Shown piece after piece: positions 24,839 to 38,745 of a stretch of 64,000 nucleotides of DNA; the stretch's first letter is position 1; each line of letters opens with the position of its first letter. Under the pieces are notes generated by a model. That model did no database searches. It saw only the letters and a list, made by a program, of their open reading frames with translations, and was not told the origin of the DNA. A program made the translations under genes and the position numbers. The DNA comes from Octopus sinensis (Eukaryota), in NCBI RefSeq assembly GCF_006345805.1, contig NC_043005.1, positions 23,870,001 to 23,934,000 of the forward strand, in the 5' to 3' direction.

Positions 24839-25112
24839 ATATATATCAAATAAGATAAGGGTTATGTGTGTAACTCACTATGAGATAGTATTTATCCAAT
24901 ATACTGTAAGAAGGGATTTTAATGATTTCAATAATTTATATTATGATTTTTATAATTTGTATTCTTATCTTATATGTATTGAATTATAAGATATATATGT
25001 AAGATATTGAGGTTCTCATTTTGTTGAATGAATAAATAATCCAACATTCTAATATCCGAAAGTTGGTGAACAAACTTAATGTGTTTCTCCATTTTCTTAT
25101 TTGTATTATATA

Positions 25113-25903
25113 CTAGCAGAGATACCCGGCGTTGCCCGGTTACATTCAATGGAAGAATTAGACTTTTCTGTTATATTTTCTGAATGAACTGGAATATCTA
25201 TGTTTCGAATTTCATCAAAATTGCAGATGAGGGTTATTCCCCTCTTTACACACTCTAAAAAAATTGTAATCGTTCCACATGGAAACCAAAAGACAAATCA
25301 TCACAATAAGCAGTCAGTTACCCTACCCTAGTCGTTACCACTCCCAATGTAGGATACCTCACCACCCAGATGACAGGCACAGCCGTAAGATGCATTACGA
25401 ATCTATAGCAATTGGAAGGGCGTGACCCAACTGAAATCAACATTAACAACTGTGTGACGTGAGGGCTAAGGAGAAATTAAAGTGTCACCTCTGGAGTTTG
25501 CAAATGACCACTATACTGATACGTAACTAGACAGAATGAATTTAAAATCTATAAATGTCTTTGAATAACCAGTCACTCCTGTGAGAAGGCCTTGAAATCA
25601 ATGTTACCATCTGGGGACTATGCGTGATCGAGTGATAATAAAAAGACTGAAAGGAGGTCTGCAATCAAATAACTTTACTCAACACTTTGCAACTGAATCA
25701 GTGGAGACAAAGATGCCTCTCATTTACTTAACAATTTATGCACCACATTGCAGAAATCACAATGTAAGTGTATGTCAAAGCAAACTGTTACACTGTTGTA
25801 CCATTGAATTAGAAATAATGCCCAACTTTTAAACTCGGGTAACCCTACAGCTTCCAAGAGCACAACTGTATTCGTTTTTGCTTAGATAAAATGAAAAAAT
25901 TGT
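25113..25903 (-). mobile_element. Helitron H1, 3' portion with canonical terminus
   Basis: Minus strand reads CCGGGCAACGCCGGGTATCTCTG-CTAG|T. Homologous to 4132-5170 until it is interrupted at about 25903. Confidence 0.75.
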
Positions 25904-25918
25904 CGTTACTTTTTATAG

Positions 25919-26686
25919 AAGGAACGTCGACCCTCAGTCATAGAGACATATGCGGGGGTCGCCGCAACGAAGAGTGGCGCGTCGATTGTGATAAGAGACG
26001 TAACTTTCAAGAGGGAAGAAATGAAGGAATATGAGAAATATGTAAAAAGGGAGGGTGAAAGCGTCAAGCTGATCCCTCCAGCAGAAACAACGGAGGAGAG
26101 GAACAACAAAATGATAATATACAGGACACAGGATAAGAACTCAAGGAAACTAATGCGAATATCGATAGAAGATATAGAAAAGTGTCTTGGTGACATAATG
26201 GACAAAGCGACGTATGTAAGCAGAGGGGAGAAGTATGGTAGGGTAGAAGTGAGGTGTGCAACAAGTGAAGAGGCAGCCTCGCTATCTTCCACTGTACTTA
26301 GAGCGGAAATTTTTATAATGCTACCCACATACAAAGGAAGACGAGGAGTAAGAGTTAAGATCCCAAACGTACCGCCGGAGATGACAGAATGGCTGGTGAC
26401 AGCCATTCTAGGGTCGGAAGATGAAATAGAACTGGGGTCGATTACAGAAACCAATGTCGTGAACTGGAAGGAATTCGGTATCGAGTTGTGGCTGATGGCC
26501 ACAATAGAAGATATCGAGCGAATTCCCTTTCAGATAGAGGTGGAAAATGGAAGAACAATTGGCGTAATTGTAGAGGGAAGAAGGCCGAATTGTTACATAT
26601 GTGGAGCAAGAGGTCATATAAGGGCAGAATGCCAATTATATGAATTTTACAGTGGAGAAAGACATAACGGAAAAGGAACAAAATAA
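25919..26686 (+). CDS. Tx1/L1-type ORF1 protein fragment (SYA-like motif, probable RRM region, CCHC zinc knuckle)
   Basis: Open frame from 25919: ...TYAGVAAT...VRVKIPNVPPEM...VIVEGRRPNCYICGARGHIRAEC. It is followed by a frameshifted E/K-rich region and a C-terminal piece to about 27210. Confidence 0.8.
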   Translation, partial: KERRPSVIETYAGVAATKSGASIVIRDVTFKREEMKEYEKYVKREGESVKLIPPAETTEERNNKMIIYRTQDKNSRKLMRISIEDIEKCLGDIMDKATYVSRGEKYGRVEVRCATSEEAASLSSTVLRAEIFIMLPTYKGRRGVRVKIPNVPPEMTEWLVTAILGSEDEIELGSITETNVVNWKEFGIELWLMATIEDIERIPFQIEVENGRTIGVIVEGRRPNCYICGARGHIRAECQLYEFYSGERHNGKGTK

Positions 26687-27210
26687 GACACAGAGTGGAG
26701 AAACTACAGAAGAAGAACAGAGAGAGGAAAAAAAAAAGAACAGGAGAATGGAAAAAACAACGCACTGAAAGAGAAAGAAAACAAGGAAAAAGAAACAACA
26801 GAAAAGGAACAAAAGAAAGAAAAGTGACATGAGAAAAGAAAGGGCAGTACAATGAAAGAAAAAGAAAACAAGGAAAAAGAAACAACAGGAAAAGAACAAA
26901 AGAAACAAAGTAGAGAAACAACAGAAAATGAGCTCAAGAAAGACCAGAGACAGGAGAAAGGAAAAATCAGTACACCGAAAGAAAAAGAAAATATGGGAAG
27001 AAAAAAGAGAGAAAGGGAGAAACCGAGTGAAGACGATAAAGAAGCAATCAGTCCTAAAAGGAAGACAAGAGAACACTCAACAGAAACCACAGTTTCGAAA
27101 TGGGGGTACCAATTTCATGGAACATTGGTAATATACAGGGTCTGCCTCGAAATAAACGAAATAATAGGGAAAACAAGAAAAGTATCATGGGTTAAAAGGG
27201 GAACCAAGTT

Positions 27211-27311
27211 TGATCCCTCCAGCAGAAACAACGGAGGAGAGGAACAACAAAATGATAATATACAGGACACAGGATAAGAACTCAAGGAAAGTAATGCGAA
27301 TATCGATAGAA
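27211..27311 (+). repeat. 101-bp direct duplicate of 26070-26170
   Basis: TGATCCCTCCAGCAGAAAC...ATCGATAGAA is identical except for one substitution. Confidence 0.9.
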
Positions 27312-28015
27312 AACTTTGAAAACTTTTTGGAGAAAATTTTCAAACAATATTTCAAAAATTTTTAGGGTAAATTTTCAAAAGATTTTTCTAAAATTTTTGG
27401 GAAAATTTTCAACAAAATTTTCAAAAGTTTTTGAGAACAATTTTCAAAAAATTTTTCAAAAGTGTTGGGGAAAATTTTCAAAAAGCTTTTCAAAAGTTTT
27501 GGGGAAAATTTCCGAAAAATTTTTCGAAAATTTTGGGGAAAATTTTCAACAAAATTTTCCAATATTTTTGAGAAGAATTTAAAAAAAATTTTCAAAAAAT
27601 TCTTCAAAAGTTTTGGAGAAAATTTCAAAAAATATTTCAAAAGTTTTGGGGGAAAATTAAAAAAAAATTTTTGAAAACTTTTTGGAGAAAATTTTCCAAA
27701 ATTTTTCAAAAAATTTTTGGGGAAAATTAAAAAAAACTTTTAAAAAACTTTTTGGGGAAAATTTTCCAAAAATTTTTCTAAAATTTTGGGGTAAATTTTC
27801 AAAACTTTTTGAGAAAAACATTCAAAAAAGTTTCAAAAAAAATTTTCAAATGTTTTGGGGGAAAATTTTCAAAAAATTTTTCAAAAGTTTTGGGGAAAAT
27901 TTCGAAAAATTTTTTTTAAATTTTGGGGGAAAGTTTTCAAAAAACTTTTTGGGGAAAATTTTCAAAAAAGTTTTGAAAACTTTTTTGGGAAAATTATCAA
28001 AAAATTTCTCAAAAA
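27311..28015. repeat. Degenerate A/T-tract minisatellite (about 33-35 bp unit, about 11 bp sub-period)
   Basis: Recurring TTTTGGGGAAAATTTTCAAAAAATTTTTCAAAAG-like units. Confidence 0.8.
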
Positions 28016-29175
28016 TTACCAGGATGGCGACAAAGTGCATCGCCTTCACCAAGTGTCAGAATGTCCTGTGCAAACTTTGTGTACATTTTGTTGCCGTGTA
28101 GCTGAGCTCTCATTTTATTGGTGAGACTGAGGATTGTTACATGATGCCACAGGGGAGAGGACTTTAGGCATGCTTGGACTTCATCTGCTCTAGGAAGAGT
28201 TTGCTTGAAATCACCTGACAAGAGAAGCGTTACACCTCCCATTGGAGCCTGACAGTTTCGGATGTCTTTCAGGGCTCTATCTAATGCTTCCAAAGCTCCC
28301 TAGTGAGCCATAGTGCGCTCATCCCAGACAATTAGATGACACATTTTAAGTACTTGTCCCTGATCTGAGCTTTTGTTTATGTTGTATGAAGGCATTTCGG
28401 ATGCTGCTAAATTGAGAGGGAGTTTAAAAGTTGAGTGTGTTGTCCTGCCACCGAGTACCAAAGTAGCTGCAATGCCAGAGGAGATTACAGCTGATAATGC
28501 GTCACCTCATCCTGGCAGTATTCTTGTTGAAGTCCAAACATTGCAGCGTCAGAACCCTTGTTTACATATTTGCAAACGTACTTGATGGATTTAACGGAGT
28601 TGCAAAACTCAACGTTGATGTGGGCATTGAAAGTCTTTGACAGGAGTGGGCAGCATGGAACAATCCATCTATTATCAATATCGTGCTGTCCGATAGTTGC
28701 TGTGAAACCTCCGTCTTCTGGTTTTCTGCGTCTGTATGATGGATACCCATCGGCACCTGTCTGAGTTTCTTGTAGGAACCTCCTTGGAAATCTTTTTGAA
28801 CATATGCTGTCCTTCAAGCATGGTGAGTTTATGTTGAATCCACGCCCACATGGACCATGTACCATGTTTGCTTTAACTATTTCGTATAGTTCTTTGTCTA
28901 AAGCTGGATCAGGAAGCTCTGCAGAGATTATGTTGTCGATGTCATTGGAATTTATCTTCGCTGAGAGCCAAAGCAGGATATGAGCATGTGGAAGGCCCCT
29001 TTTTTGCCACTCGATTGTGTACATGTCACATTGTATGGGCCCAAAGACTTGCTCTTTTTGTATGAGCTCCATGAAAGAGATTAACTTCAGATGGAAAACT
29101 CGGGCGTTGAGATTCCGGTTCGAATGTAAGGCAGGTTTGAAAGTGTTCCCAACAGTCATTAGTTGTAGTGGTAGA
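28016..29175 (-). pseudogene. Helitron RepHel fragment: HUH Rep joined to a PIF1 helicase by an internal deletion
   Basis: Rep motifs ARVFHLKL, EWQKRGLPHAHILLW, KYVCKYVNKG. Helicase motifs SSGIAATL..GGRTTHSTFKLP, LIVWDE, LLLSGDFKQTLP. Confidence 0.92.
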
Positions 29176-29236
29176 GTGTTTACACCGAATATGTACGTAT
29201 GCATGTATATATATGTATGTATGCCTGTATATATGT

Positions 29237-29362
29237 ACAAAATCCACTAAGAAGGCTTTTGTTGGTCTGAGGCTACAGCAGAAGACACATGCCAAGTCAC
29301 TACACAGTGGGACTGAACCCAGGACCATGTGTTTGGAACGTAGTTTGTTACCACACAGCCAC
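29237..29362 (-). mobile_element. SINE family B, 5' half
   Basis: AAATCCACT..GAAGGCTTTTGTTGG...GAAGACACATGCCAAG...CAGTGGGACTGAACCCAGGACCATGTG. Confidence 0.7.
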
Positions 29363-29428
29363 ATATGCCCCTATGTATGTGTGTGTGTGTGTGCGTATGT
29401 GTGTATGGGTAGATATATTATGCATGTA

Positions 29429-29454
<26 letters not shown>

Positions 29455-29460
<6 letters not shown>

Positions 29461-29937
29461 CATCTACACATAAAATACAAACTACAAAGTTATATCGTGA
29501 TATCGCTAGTGATAACAATACTCAAAATATATAACAGACTGGAATTGTAGGTCCGTCTCTTGCAATTTCGATCAATTGGATCTTATCCTCCCTCTTGTAT
29601 AGAAGTGTACGGCTGCAGCGAAATTCATTTTTGGACTTTCTTCTATCGAAGGCATTTTAACAAAAATGCTTCCGTAAAGACGGTGAAAATATTGTCAATT
29701 TTCCCAAACAGGGACACAATTCAATTGTTTAACAATAACCAAAGGGGGAGGGTTACGGTTTACAATTATTTAACAAATGCAACACAACAACGTTTCCCTG
29801 ACGAGGAACCAACAAACGTGATTACAATAGTCAAACAGTAATAATAATAACAACAAACCTTTTTAACTTATCCCCATTTATGTGAAACCACTTATTCAAG
29901 TGCAAGTCATTGATGCAATTTTATACGAATTGCTAAT
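29455..29937 (-). mobile_element. Helitron-like family H2, copy 2 (internal deletion at about 29608)
   Basis: Matches 31950-32098, then jumps to about 32516 of copy 3 (AGAAGTGT|ACGGCTGCAGCG). Confidence 0.65.
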
Positions 29938-30229
29938 ACACACACATAATAAGGGTGAAAAATTGAATATTAATTTGATTAATATGAATTGAAAACCAGT
30001 GATGTAGCATATAAGACCATAGCGGATCTTCTAGCAAAATGGATGACCATTGTTAATGGTTCATCCCTGTTATATAATACTTTCACTTTAATAGTGAAAG
30101 TGTCTGCATTACAAAAGAGAGATATTTTTGTTTCACTTTTAACACGTAATACTGAAATAGTGGAGAAGATATGATATTGCTGTAGGGTCGCCCTAGGGAA
30201 AAAAGTTAAGATTTCTTTTACCGATGACA

Positions 30230-30337
30230 CTCCCAGGACCTTAAGTAAGCCATGTGTAAAATTTGAATGAAATTGGTTGTGTAGTTCTCAGGTTTTAGGG
30301 AATACACAGACAGACAGACACACATTCTCAGTTTTAT

Positions 30338-30345
<8 letters not shown>
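30230..30345 (-). mobile_element. Helitron-type 5' terminal region
   Basis: ...ACAGACAGACAGACACACATTCTCAGTTTTATATATATAT is the reverse complement of a TCTATATATAAAACTGAG-like start. The terminal TC merges into (TA)n. Confidence 0.5.
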
Positions 30346-30415
<70 letters not shown>

Positions 30416-31261
30416 GCATTTTGTCCGACTTTCTTACAATTGCGACAACAAAACAAAAACAAAAACAAACAAAACAAAATAACACATAGGATTATAAATG
30501 CTGCTATTAATAACAAGATATGAGCGGTCGCCTCCCGAAAGTAGGCTGTGAATGAGTAATGAAATTATAAATTGGATTGCAAACGTGAAATTGGCAAACT
30601 TCACAATTCCAACTGTTCTGATGGTTAAATGGAAGTACCGCTCTCCACCGGCTGATTCTGCATTACAACAAAAAGCTACTGCAATACATTATAGCACATC
30701 ACAAAAAGAAAACTAGATGAAACAACATTAGTTGGTAACATATCGATAATCTACACATTTCTTACAAGAACAGTTACAAATAAACACTTCACTGACGTTG
30801 TGTCAATTTAACGGTTGAAACTCAAATTCCCACAGTTATATCTACATTAATGGCATTGTTCAAGCATATTATGTGGAGGCAGCGAAATCTATCAATATCG
30901 TTTTCTGCTGAAAATGAAATGATAAGTTGACAAAACGTTGAAGACGGATTTAGGTAATGTATGCCCCCACGCCCTTTCCCCTATAAAAATCTACGAGGAA
31001 CACATACGGAGAAAAAGACTTGGCAAAAATAATAAAACTAGAACAGAGTTATCGCTGTAATAGAATATGATGAAAAGAAAGGTGGTTCGCTACATGTATA
31101 TGTACATATGTGTGTATATGTATGTATACATACACAAACATATGTACATGTGTTTGTGTGTGTGTGTGTGTGTGTATGTGTGTGTGTGTGTTTGTGTTTG
31201 TGTGTGAAAACAAAATAAGAAAAGAGAAATGTTTCGGTATTATTGGTTCTCCATTACACGT

Positions 31262-31369
31262 GTCCCACTGCGTGGCACCTTGGGCAAGTGTCTTCTATAG
31301 CCTCGGGCTGACCAAAGCCTTTTGAGTGGATTTGGTAGACGGAAACTGAAAGAAGCCCGTCGTATATGC

Positions 31370-31407
<38 letters not shown>

Positions 31408-31615
31408 ATATGATTGTGTGTCTGTGTTTGTGCCCCCCAACATCGCTTGACAACCAATGCTGGTGTGTTACGTCCTCGTAACTTAGCGATTCGGCAAAAG
31501 AGATCGATAGAATAAGTACTAGGCTTACAAAGTATAAGTCCTGGGGTCGATTTGCTCGACTAAAGGCGGTGCTCCAGCATGGCCACACTCAAATGACTGA
31601 AACAAGTAAAAGAGT
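31262..31615 (+). mobile_element. SINE family B (internal (TA)n/(TG)n)
   Basis: CCCACTGCGTGGCACCTTGGGCAAGTGTCTTC...GAAGCCCGTCG-(TA)n(TG)n-GTTTGTGCCCC...CATGGCC...GAAACAAGTAAAAGAG. Confidence 0.85.
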
Positions 31616-31813
31616 AATAAGAACCACAAAGATTTACATGTTATATAGACATGTAAAAATAGTTACTGTTTGCATCATTCGAAAGAGAAATAAATTCTGC
31701 ATAAGGTGTAAAAGATAAAAATAGTTTGTATGGTGTTAGTAACAAAATATTTTGTAAGAAATAGAACTTTTATCATCGGTCTTAAATTTATTTTTGCCAC
31801 TGTATATATATAT

Positions 31814-31853
<40 letters not shown>

Positions 31854-32714
31854 CTAGCATTATGACCCGTCGTTCCCGGGTCATAGTGCTAGTGCATGTA
31901 TATATGTGTATATATATGTGTACATATTACATGTACATCTCTATATATATACATCTACACATAAAATACAAAATACAAAGTTATATCTTGATATCGCTAG
32001 AGATAACAATACTCAAAATATATAACAGACTGGAATTGTAGGCCTGTCTCTTGCAATTTCGATCAATTGTATCTTGTCCTCCCTCTTGTATAGAAGTGTG
32101 GCTACAATCCAGCCTACATCTACTTCTATGGGGACATTTGAAATTTTTATCCGGGATGTCCTACGTCTCAGATATAAAGGTAAAATAAAATATTTCCACT
32201 TTGCAAGGTTCGAGTCGAGTACTCCCTTGCACGCTCCGTTGACTCGAATCTTGCTTCTATTGTGGCGAATTTACCGCCTCTGGTTAGACAGCTTTCATAG
32301 TCGCACCAAGACACTTTCCGATGGTGCTTTCCTCCAGGTGTTCAAATCTTTTTTTCTCTACATTGTATACTTTATAGACAATAGTCTTTTCTTTAATTTA
32401 ATTTTTTTTATTTCGTTTGGTGGTGTTATCCTAGATTCAGCGTCTTTGTCGGTGATCAATCCGAAATAGGTTTGTATTTCTTCCATTTTAATTTTAATGA
32501 GTTCGCGCTCGCCGATGGCTGCAGCGAAATTCAGTTTTGGACTTTCTTCTATCAAAAGCATTGTAACAAAAATGCTTCTGCGTAAACGGTGAAAATATTG
32601 TCAATTTCTCCAAACAGGGACACAATTCAATTTTTAAACAATAATCAAAGCTCCTTCTCCCAATGGGGGAGGGTTACAGTTTACAATTATTTAACAAATG
32701 CAACACAACAACGT

Positions 32715-32715
<1 letters not shown>
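31854..32715 (-). mobile_element. Helitron-like family H2, copy 3, with terminal hairpin and CTAG
   Basis: ACTAGCATTATGACCCGTCGTTCCCGGGTCATAGTGCTAGT (31853-31893) gives a hairpin plus CTAG|T on the minus strand. The body matches 7190-7965 in reverse. Confidence 0.7.
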
Positions 32716-33806
<1,091 letters not shown>

Positions 33807-33884
33807 CCACTCTTACACACAGAAGAGTAAACGGATAAACAAGTTAGGCAAGCCGTAGAAATTATATATATAGGTTTACATATA

Positions 33885-34700
33885 AAATGTTCCGACTTAC
33901 ACTCGATAGAAATGATATCAGGAATTGAAGGTTTGAATATGATTTTTAGGAGTGATGATATCTGTGCAATTCCAGAGCGGAAGCTTAACATTAGTCCGAA
34001 CAATGGGTAGAATACGGTCAATAATGCATTTACTAATTCGACCTAACTCGGATTTAGTGGGGCAGATAAGCTTAATGGAAATCTTAGAGTAGAAGTTAAG
34101 TTTGTGGTCTTTCTGGATGAAGTAGGGAAGGGGTTTAGGTGTATATGGTTCAGTTCTATTTAGTAAATTTAGATCGGCGATGAGCTTACAATGGATGTTG
34201 TTAATCTCCTTATAAGCATTTCTATGTGAATGTTTATAATTTGTGTTTAGTTCCTTTTTATAGGAAGTGAGTATATATTTCCAAGAGAAGAGAGTAAAGA
34301 TTGCCGGTTTTGTTAGAAAAGATGCAGGTGTAGTGAAGTCCTTAATTTAGATGCAATTTTGGATAATTATTTCTGGAGGGAATTAGTATAATTAGAGAAT
34401 TTAATGTTTTATAACATACTTAGTAGATCTTTCTCAAAATTAGTTAATGCAGGTTTTTTTTGGGGTGGAGGGGGGTCTGGGATTTTAGTTGTAAGTGTGC
34501 TTTTCATTAGAATATTCGGGATGATAAAATTTAAGGTCATTGTATAGGGCTCTCCGCCTCATTCGAGTGATGAAATCATTAATTTTCTGTAGAAAGAGTT
34601 CCAAAAGTTTCCTTTGTGGGATCAGGATATTTTTTGTAGACATGCCCAGGAATTGTTTATCTATGAGTGTTATCTATACGTGCGCTCGACCGAGCAAAAT
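33885..34700 (-). mobile_element. Penelope-like RT N-terminal fragment
   Basis: KDHKLNF...KLICPTKSELGRISKCIIDRI...PLWNCT matches the Penelope KDHK..F...RLINP.KSEIGRISK.ILDRI motif. A partial second copy lies at about 35080-35225. Confidence 0.75.
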
Positions 34701-35460
34701 GTATATAGTGTATAGAGGAGAGAGAGGGATATTCTCCGTATAAAATACACATCGTAATACTCAAAAGATTTAAATTGGAGCAGGTAGAGGGTAAGTGTAA
34801 AGTATAAGCAAGTTAGGAGAGTCGATATGCAAAAAAAATATATTAAATACATTAAACTCAAAATATCTACATATGTTTATTTCGTTTTGGGGTTTGGTTT
34901 GCAAGACGCAACGAAAATTTTAGGAAAATAAAAATAAGAAATAAGTGGAAATTTTACTGGTGAGTGTGTTAAATTATAAGGCACAAAAAGAAAATGACTC
35001 TCCCCAGACACAACAGTACATATGTTTACATATAAAAAAAAAGGTCCAACATACGCAGAATATAAATGAGATAAGGAATCAAAGGTGTTCTATAAGAGTT
35101 TTTCGAGTGATCACATCTGTGCAGTTCCAGAGCGGAAGCTTAACATTAGCCTTAAAAAGGGGTAGAATACGGTCTATAATGTGTTTACTAATTTGACTTA
35201 AGTCGGTTTTAGTGGAGCAGATGAGTCTATATTTAAACCTATGTACATTTTTTCTATTACATGGAACTCTTTCTACAGAAGACTAATGATTTCATCACTT
35301 GAATGAGACAGAGAGCCCTATACTATAACCTCAAATCTAATCACTACGAACATTCTAATAGAAAGGATACTTACAACCTAAAATCCTTATTCAATCCTTT
35401 TAATTACTGATATCATCTCTATTCTGTATAAGTCGGACTTTTTTTATATGTAAACATATA

Positions 35461-35846
35461 CTCTTTTACTTGTTTCAATCATTTGATTGCGGCCATGCTG
35501 AAGTACCGCCTTTAATCGAGCAACTCGACCACGGGACTTATTCTTTTGTAAACCCAGTACTTATTCTATCGGTCTCTTTTGCCGAACCGCTAAGTAACGG
35601 GGACATAAACACACCAGCATCGGTTGTCAAGCAATGCTAGGGGACAAACACAGACACGCAAACACACACACGCATATATATATATATATAATATATATAT
35701 ATATATACGACGGGCTTCTTTCAGTTTCTGTCTACCAAATCCACTCACAAGGCTTTGGTCGGCCCGAGGCTATAGTAGAAGACACTTGCCCAAGGTGCCA
35801 CGCAGTGGGACTGAACCCGGAACCATGTGGTTGGTAGACAAGTTAC
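35461..35846 (-). mobile_element. SINE family B, near full length
   Basis: Reverse complement of 31262-31615, including the internal microsatellite and the tRNA-like head (GGTTCCGGGTTCAGTCCC). Confidence 0.88.
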
Positions 35847-35944
35847 ATCGACTTACTTGTCCCTACATTTACTCCTCTACCTGCTCAAATTAAAATTTCT
35901 TGAAAACTGCGGAGTGTATTCTACTAGGAGAATATGTGTCTCCC

Positions 35945-36045
<101 letters not shown>

Positions 36046-36414
36046 GACTTAATGGTTTGGTCCCTGTTTAGTTACATATTTAAGAGTTGGTTATAGATTT
36101 ACTTATTGAATTTATTTACCGATACGGTCGTACATAGGGTAAATGTATTTGAAAGTTGTGGTTTCTTTGGTATGTTTGTTCTCGAACAAAACTTATTTCA
36201 ATGCTGTTGACACCACCAGATTGAATGGTACTGCCCAGGTGTCGAAACCATAATGATATCCGTGGAACAGCTGACGATGGAGGTATGTCGGATTGTTGGT
36301 ATGGCTGTTTTTGTATATGAGGAATATTATTATAACATTCTTTTGATATATATATATATATATATATATATTCAGAGAGAGTGAAAGAGAAAGATAGATA
36401 GAAAGATATATATG

Positions 36415-36533
36415 CGACGCGCTTTTTTGAGTTTCTGTCTACCAAACCCACTCATAAGGCTTTGATTGGCTCGGGACTATTGTATAAGATACTGCTCCAA
36501 GATTCCACGCAGTGAGACTGAAAGCAGTACCAT
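36415..36533 (-). mobile_element. SINE family B, 5' half (degenerate)
   Basis: GTTTCTGTCTACCAAACCCACTCATAAGGCTTTG...CCACGCAGTGAGACTGAA. Confidence 0.65.
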
Positions 36534-36583
36534 ATCGTCTCACACACACACACGCGCTCACACTCACTTACACACACACATAC

Positions 36584-36625
<42 letters not shown>

Positions 36626-36824
36626 ACACAGGGTTTTAAACTAAACCCTGCAATGATTGTCGAGCAATAACACACTTGACGATCACTGAGACTCGAAACA
36701 CGTAGTCCTGAGAAATGATTTCAGTTTAAATAAGCCATATTCACTACAACAGATATTACGTACTCTCTTCCTCATTCATTGGCAAGAAATAGCGCTTCAG
36801 TATTATATGTGCGTGCGTGCGTGT

Positions 36825-37165
36825 GTGTGTGTATGAACGTGTGTATGTCTCCCGCGTGTGTGTATGAGGCAGTGTATACATGTCTATACATATGTATACA
36901 TATACATACTTATACGGATGTGTATATGTACACACCATATATATATATATACATATATGTTTACACACACACACACACACGCACATATCTATCTGTGTGT
37001 GTATGAACGTGTGCATGCCTCCCGCGTGTGCGTGTGAGGCAGTGTATACATGTCTATACATATGTATACATATACATACTTATACGGATGTGCATATGTA
37101 CACACCATATATATATACATATATGTTTACACACACACATACATATATATATATACGCACACACG
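36825..37165. repeat. 170-bp tandem duplication
   Basis: GTATGAACGTGTG at 36831 and 37001, with the following about 130 bp nearly identical. Confidence 0.85.
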
Positions 37166-38594
37166 CACACACACGCACATACACGCACACACACACATAC
37201 ACACACACAGTGTGTACATCAAGAAGAAATGCATGATGAAGAAGAGAATACGATGTTCGGCACATCAAATAATCGGTTGTAATGAAATATGTGGTTGAAA
37301 TGAGCCACGGAATGTACCGTTTCTTACTGACAACAGAAGAATATAAAGAAAACCAGGCGAATAATAGAGTTAATGAAATCTTGCGTTCGTAAGTTGAAAT
37401 ATTGGATAGAAGTGGATTCCCTTGATATCACGTCATAACAGCAGAATTCCTGGTAATATATGTCTAAACTTGAAATGCATTATATCATGAAGAATAGAAA
37501 TCGCCTTCTTTGAATCCATATATATATATGGATGTAAGCATGAATGTGTGTGTATGAATTCTATGTAAGCATGAATGTGTGTGTGTATAAATTATATATT
37601 CTATTCGTTTATTAATTTACTCGCTCCAACTGTCGGTCTGCGGGTTTGCTGGGAGAGAATCTAGAATGATTTAGCCGATCAAATCGACCTTGTACATATT
37701 TTAAGCACGGAAGTTATTCGTTTGGTAATTTTTTGCGAAACTACTAAGAAACGAAAACATAAGCAAACCGATACCGATCGTCAAGCGATGAGAGATAAAC
37801 GCATACTCGTACACACGCACATACCCAAGAATACACATACACATACATACGACGTCCTTCCGCATATCCTCCATCGAACCAAATTTAATAACGAAGCTTT
37901 GGTTTGTCTGGGGCTTCTGTAAGAAATGCCTGCCCAAGTCAATGCACGTTGGTCTTTATATGTTAGTAATTTATTAATCGAATTTGCTACAAAGTATGCA
38001 TGACACACAAATAAAATGTTTCTAGTGGCTATAAAGAGATTGCAAACAGCTGTCAATCGAAAGCTCCCCCTACCAGACGCCAGTAGGTTGCAGAAGTCAC
38101 CAGGAAATAATGCGCATTGTTTTGGAGCCTCCCTCTCCACGGCTTTACACTACACCGGTCCCACTCACTGATGTGAGGCAGGATTTATGCAAATGGGTTG
38201 TCCCAAATGGGTACAAACAAAATATCATTGTGGACAGTAAAAAGTGATAGTTAATTGCTAATGAAATTTAAAAAAAAAACAAAAACATTGAGACTAGTCC
38301 ATACGGTTCGGTTTTCTATTGGAGAGATATTTAAAAAAGACAACTAATTAGAACTGTCCAGATAAATTAATTTGTAGTAGCAGTTTTTGTCGAAATCTGT
38401 AAGTTTCTGGGGTAGAAAGTACACGATAGGATGGAAACTGAAAACTGCTAGTGTGTCAGTAATATATTCGCTGCCACTCTATCTATCTATCTATCTATCT
38501 ATCATATATGTGATATATACAATATGTGTGTGTGCGTGCATGCATAGATTCCAATATACGAGAAACCGGAATTTTGCAATATTATTTTATTCCC

Positions 38595-38745
38595 TTAGTT
38601 TTACATACAGTTCTATATTTAAGAGATGAGGACTTATGTTCATTACTTACAGTATTTACAATTAACGGATATTTGTTCTCATCTAGTTTGTTGTTAACAC
38701 AACATTTCGGCTGATATACCCTCCAGGCTTCATCAGGAGTCTTGG
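38595..38745 (-). mobile_element. Penelope pLTR-like fragment containing a hammerhead motif (38696-38741)
   Basis: RNA GACUC-CUGAUGA-A-GCCUG-gaggguauau-CAGCC-GAAA-U-GUU-GUGUU; same family as 17717-17761 with substitutions in all three stems. Confidence 0.7.

Noticed and set aside
26442-27076. Long hydrophobic F/L/S-rich minus-strand ORFs as membrane proteins (likewise 10825-11362)
   Set aside because: Antisense shadows of the purine-rich or A/C-rich ORF1 linkers.
27311-28015. CRISPR-like or coding interpretation of the roughly 34-bp periodic array (KIF/KNF-rich ORFs)
   Set aside because: There are no constant repeats with unique spacers, the context is eukaryotic, and the ORFs on both strands are low-complexity artefacts.
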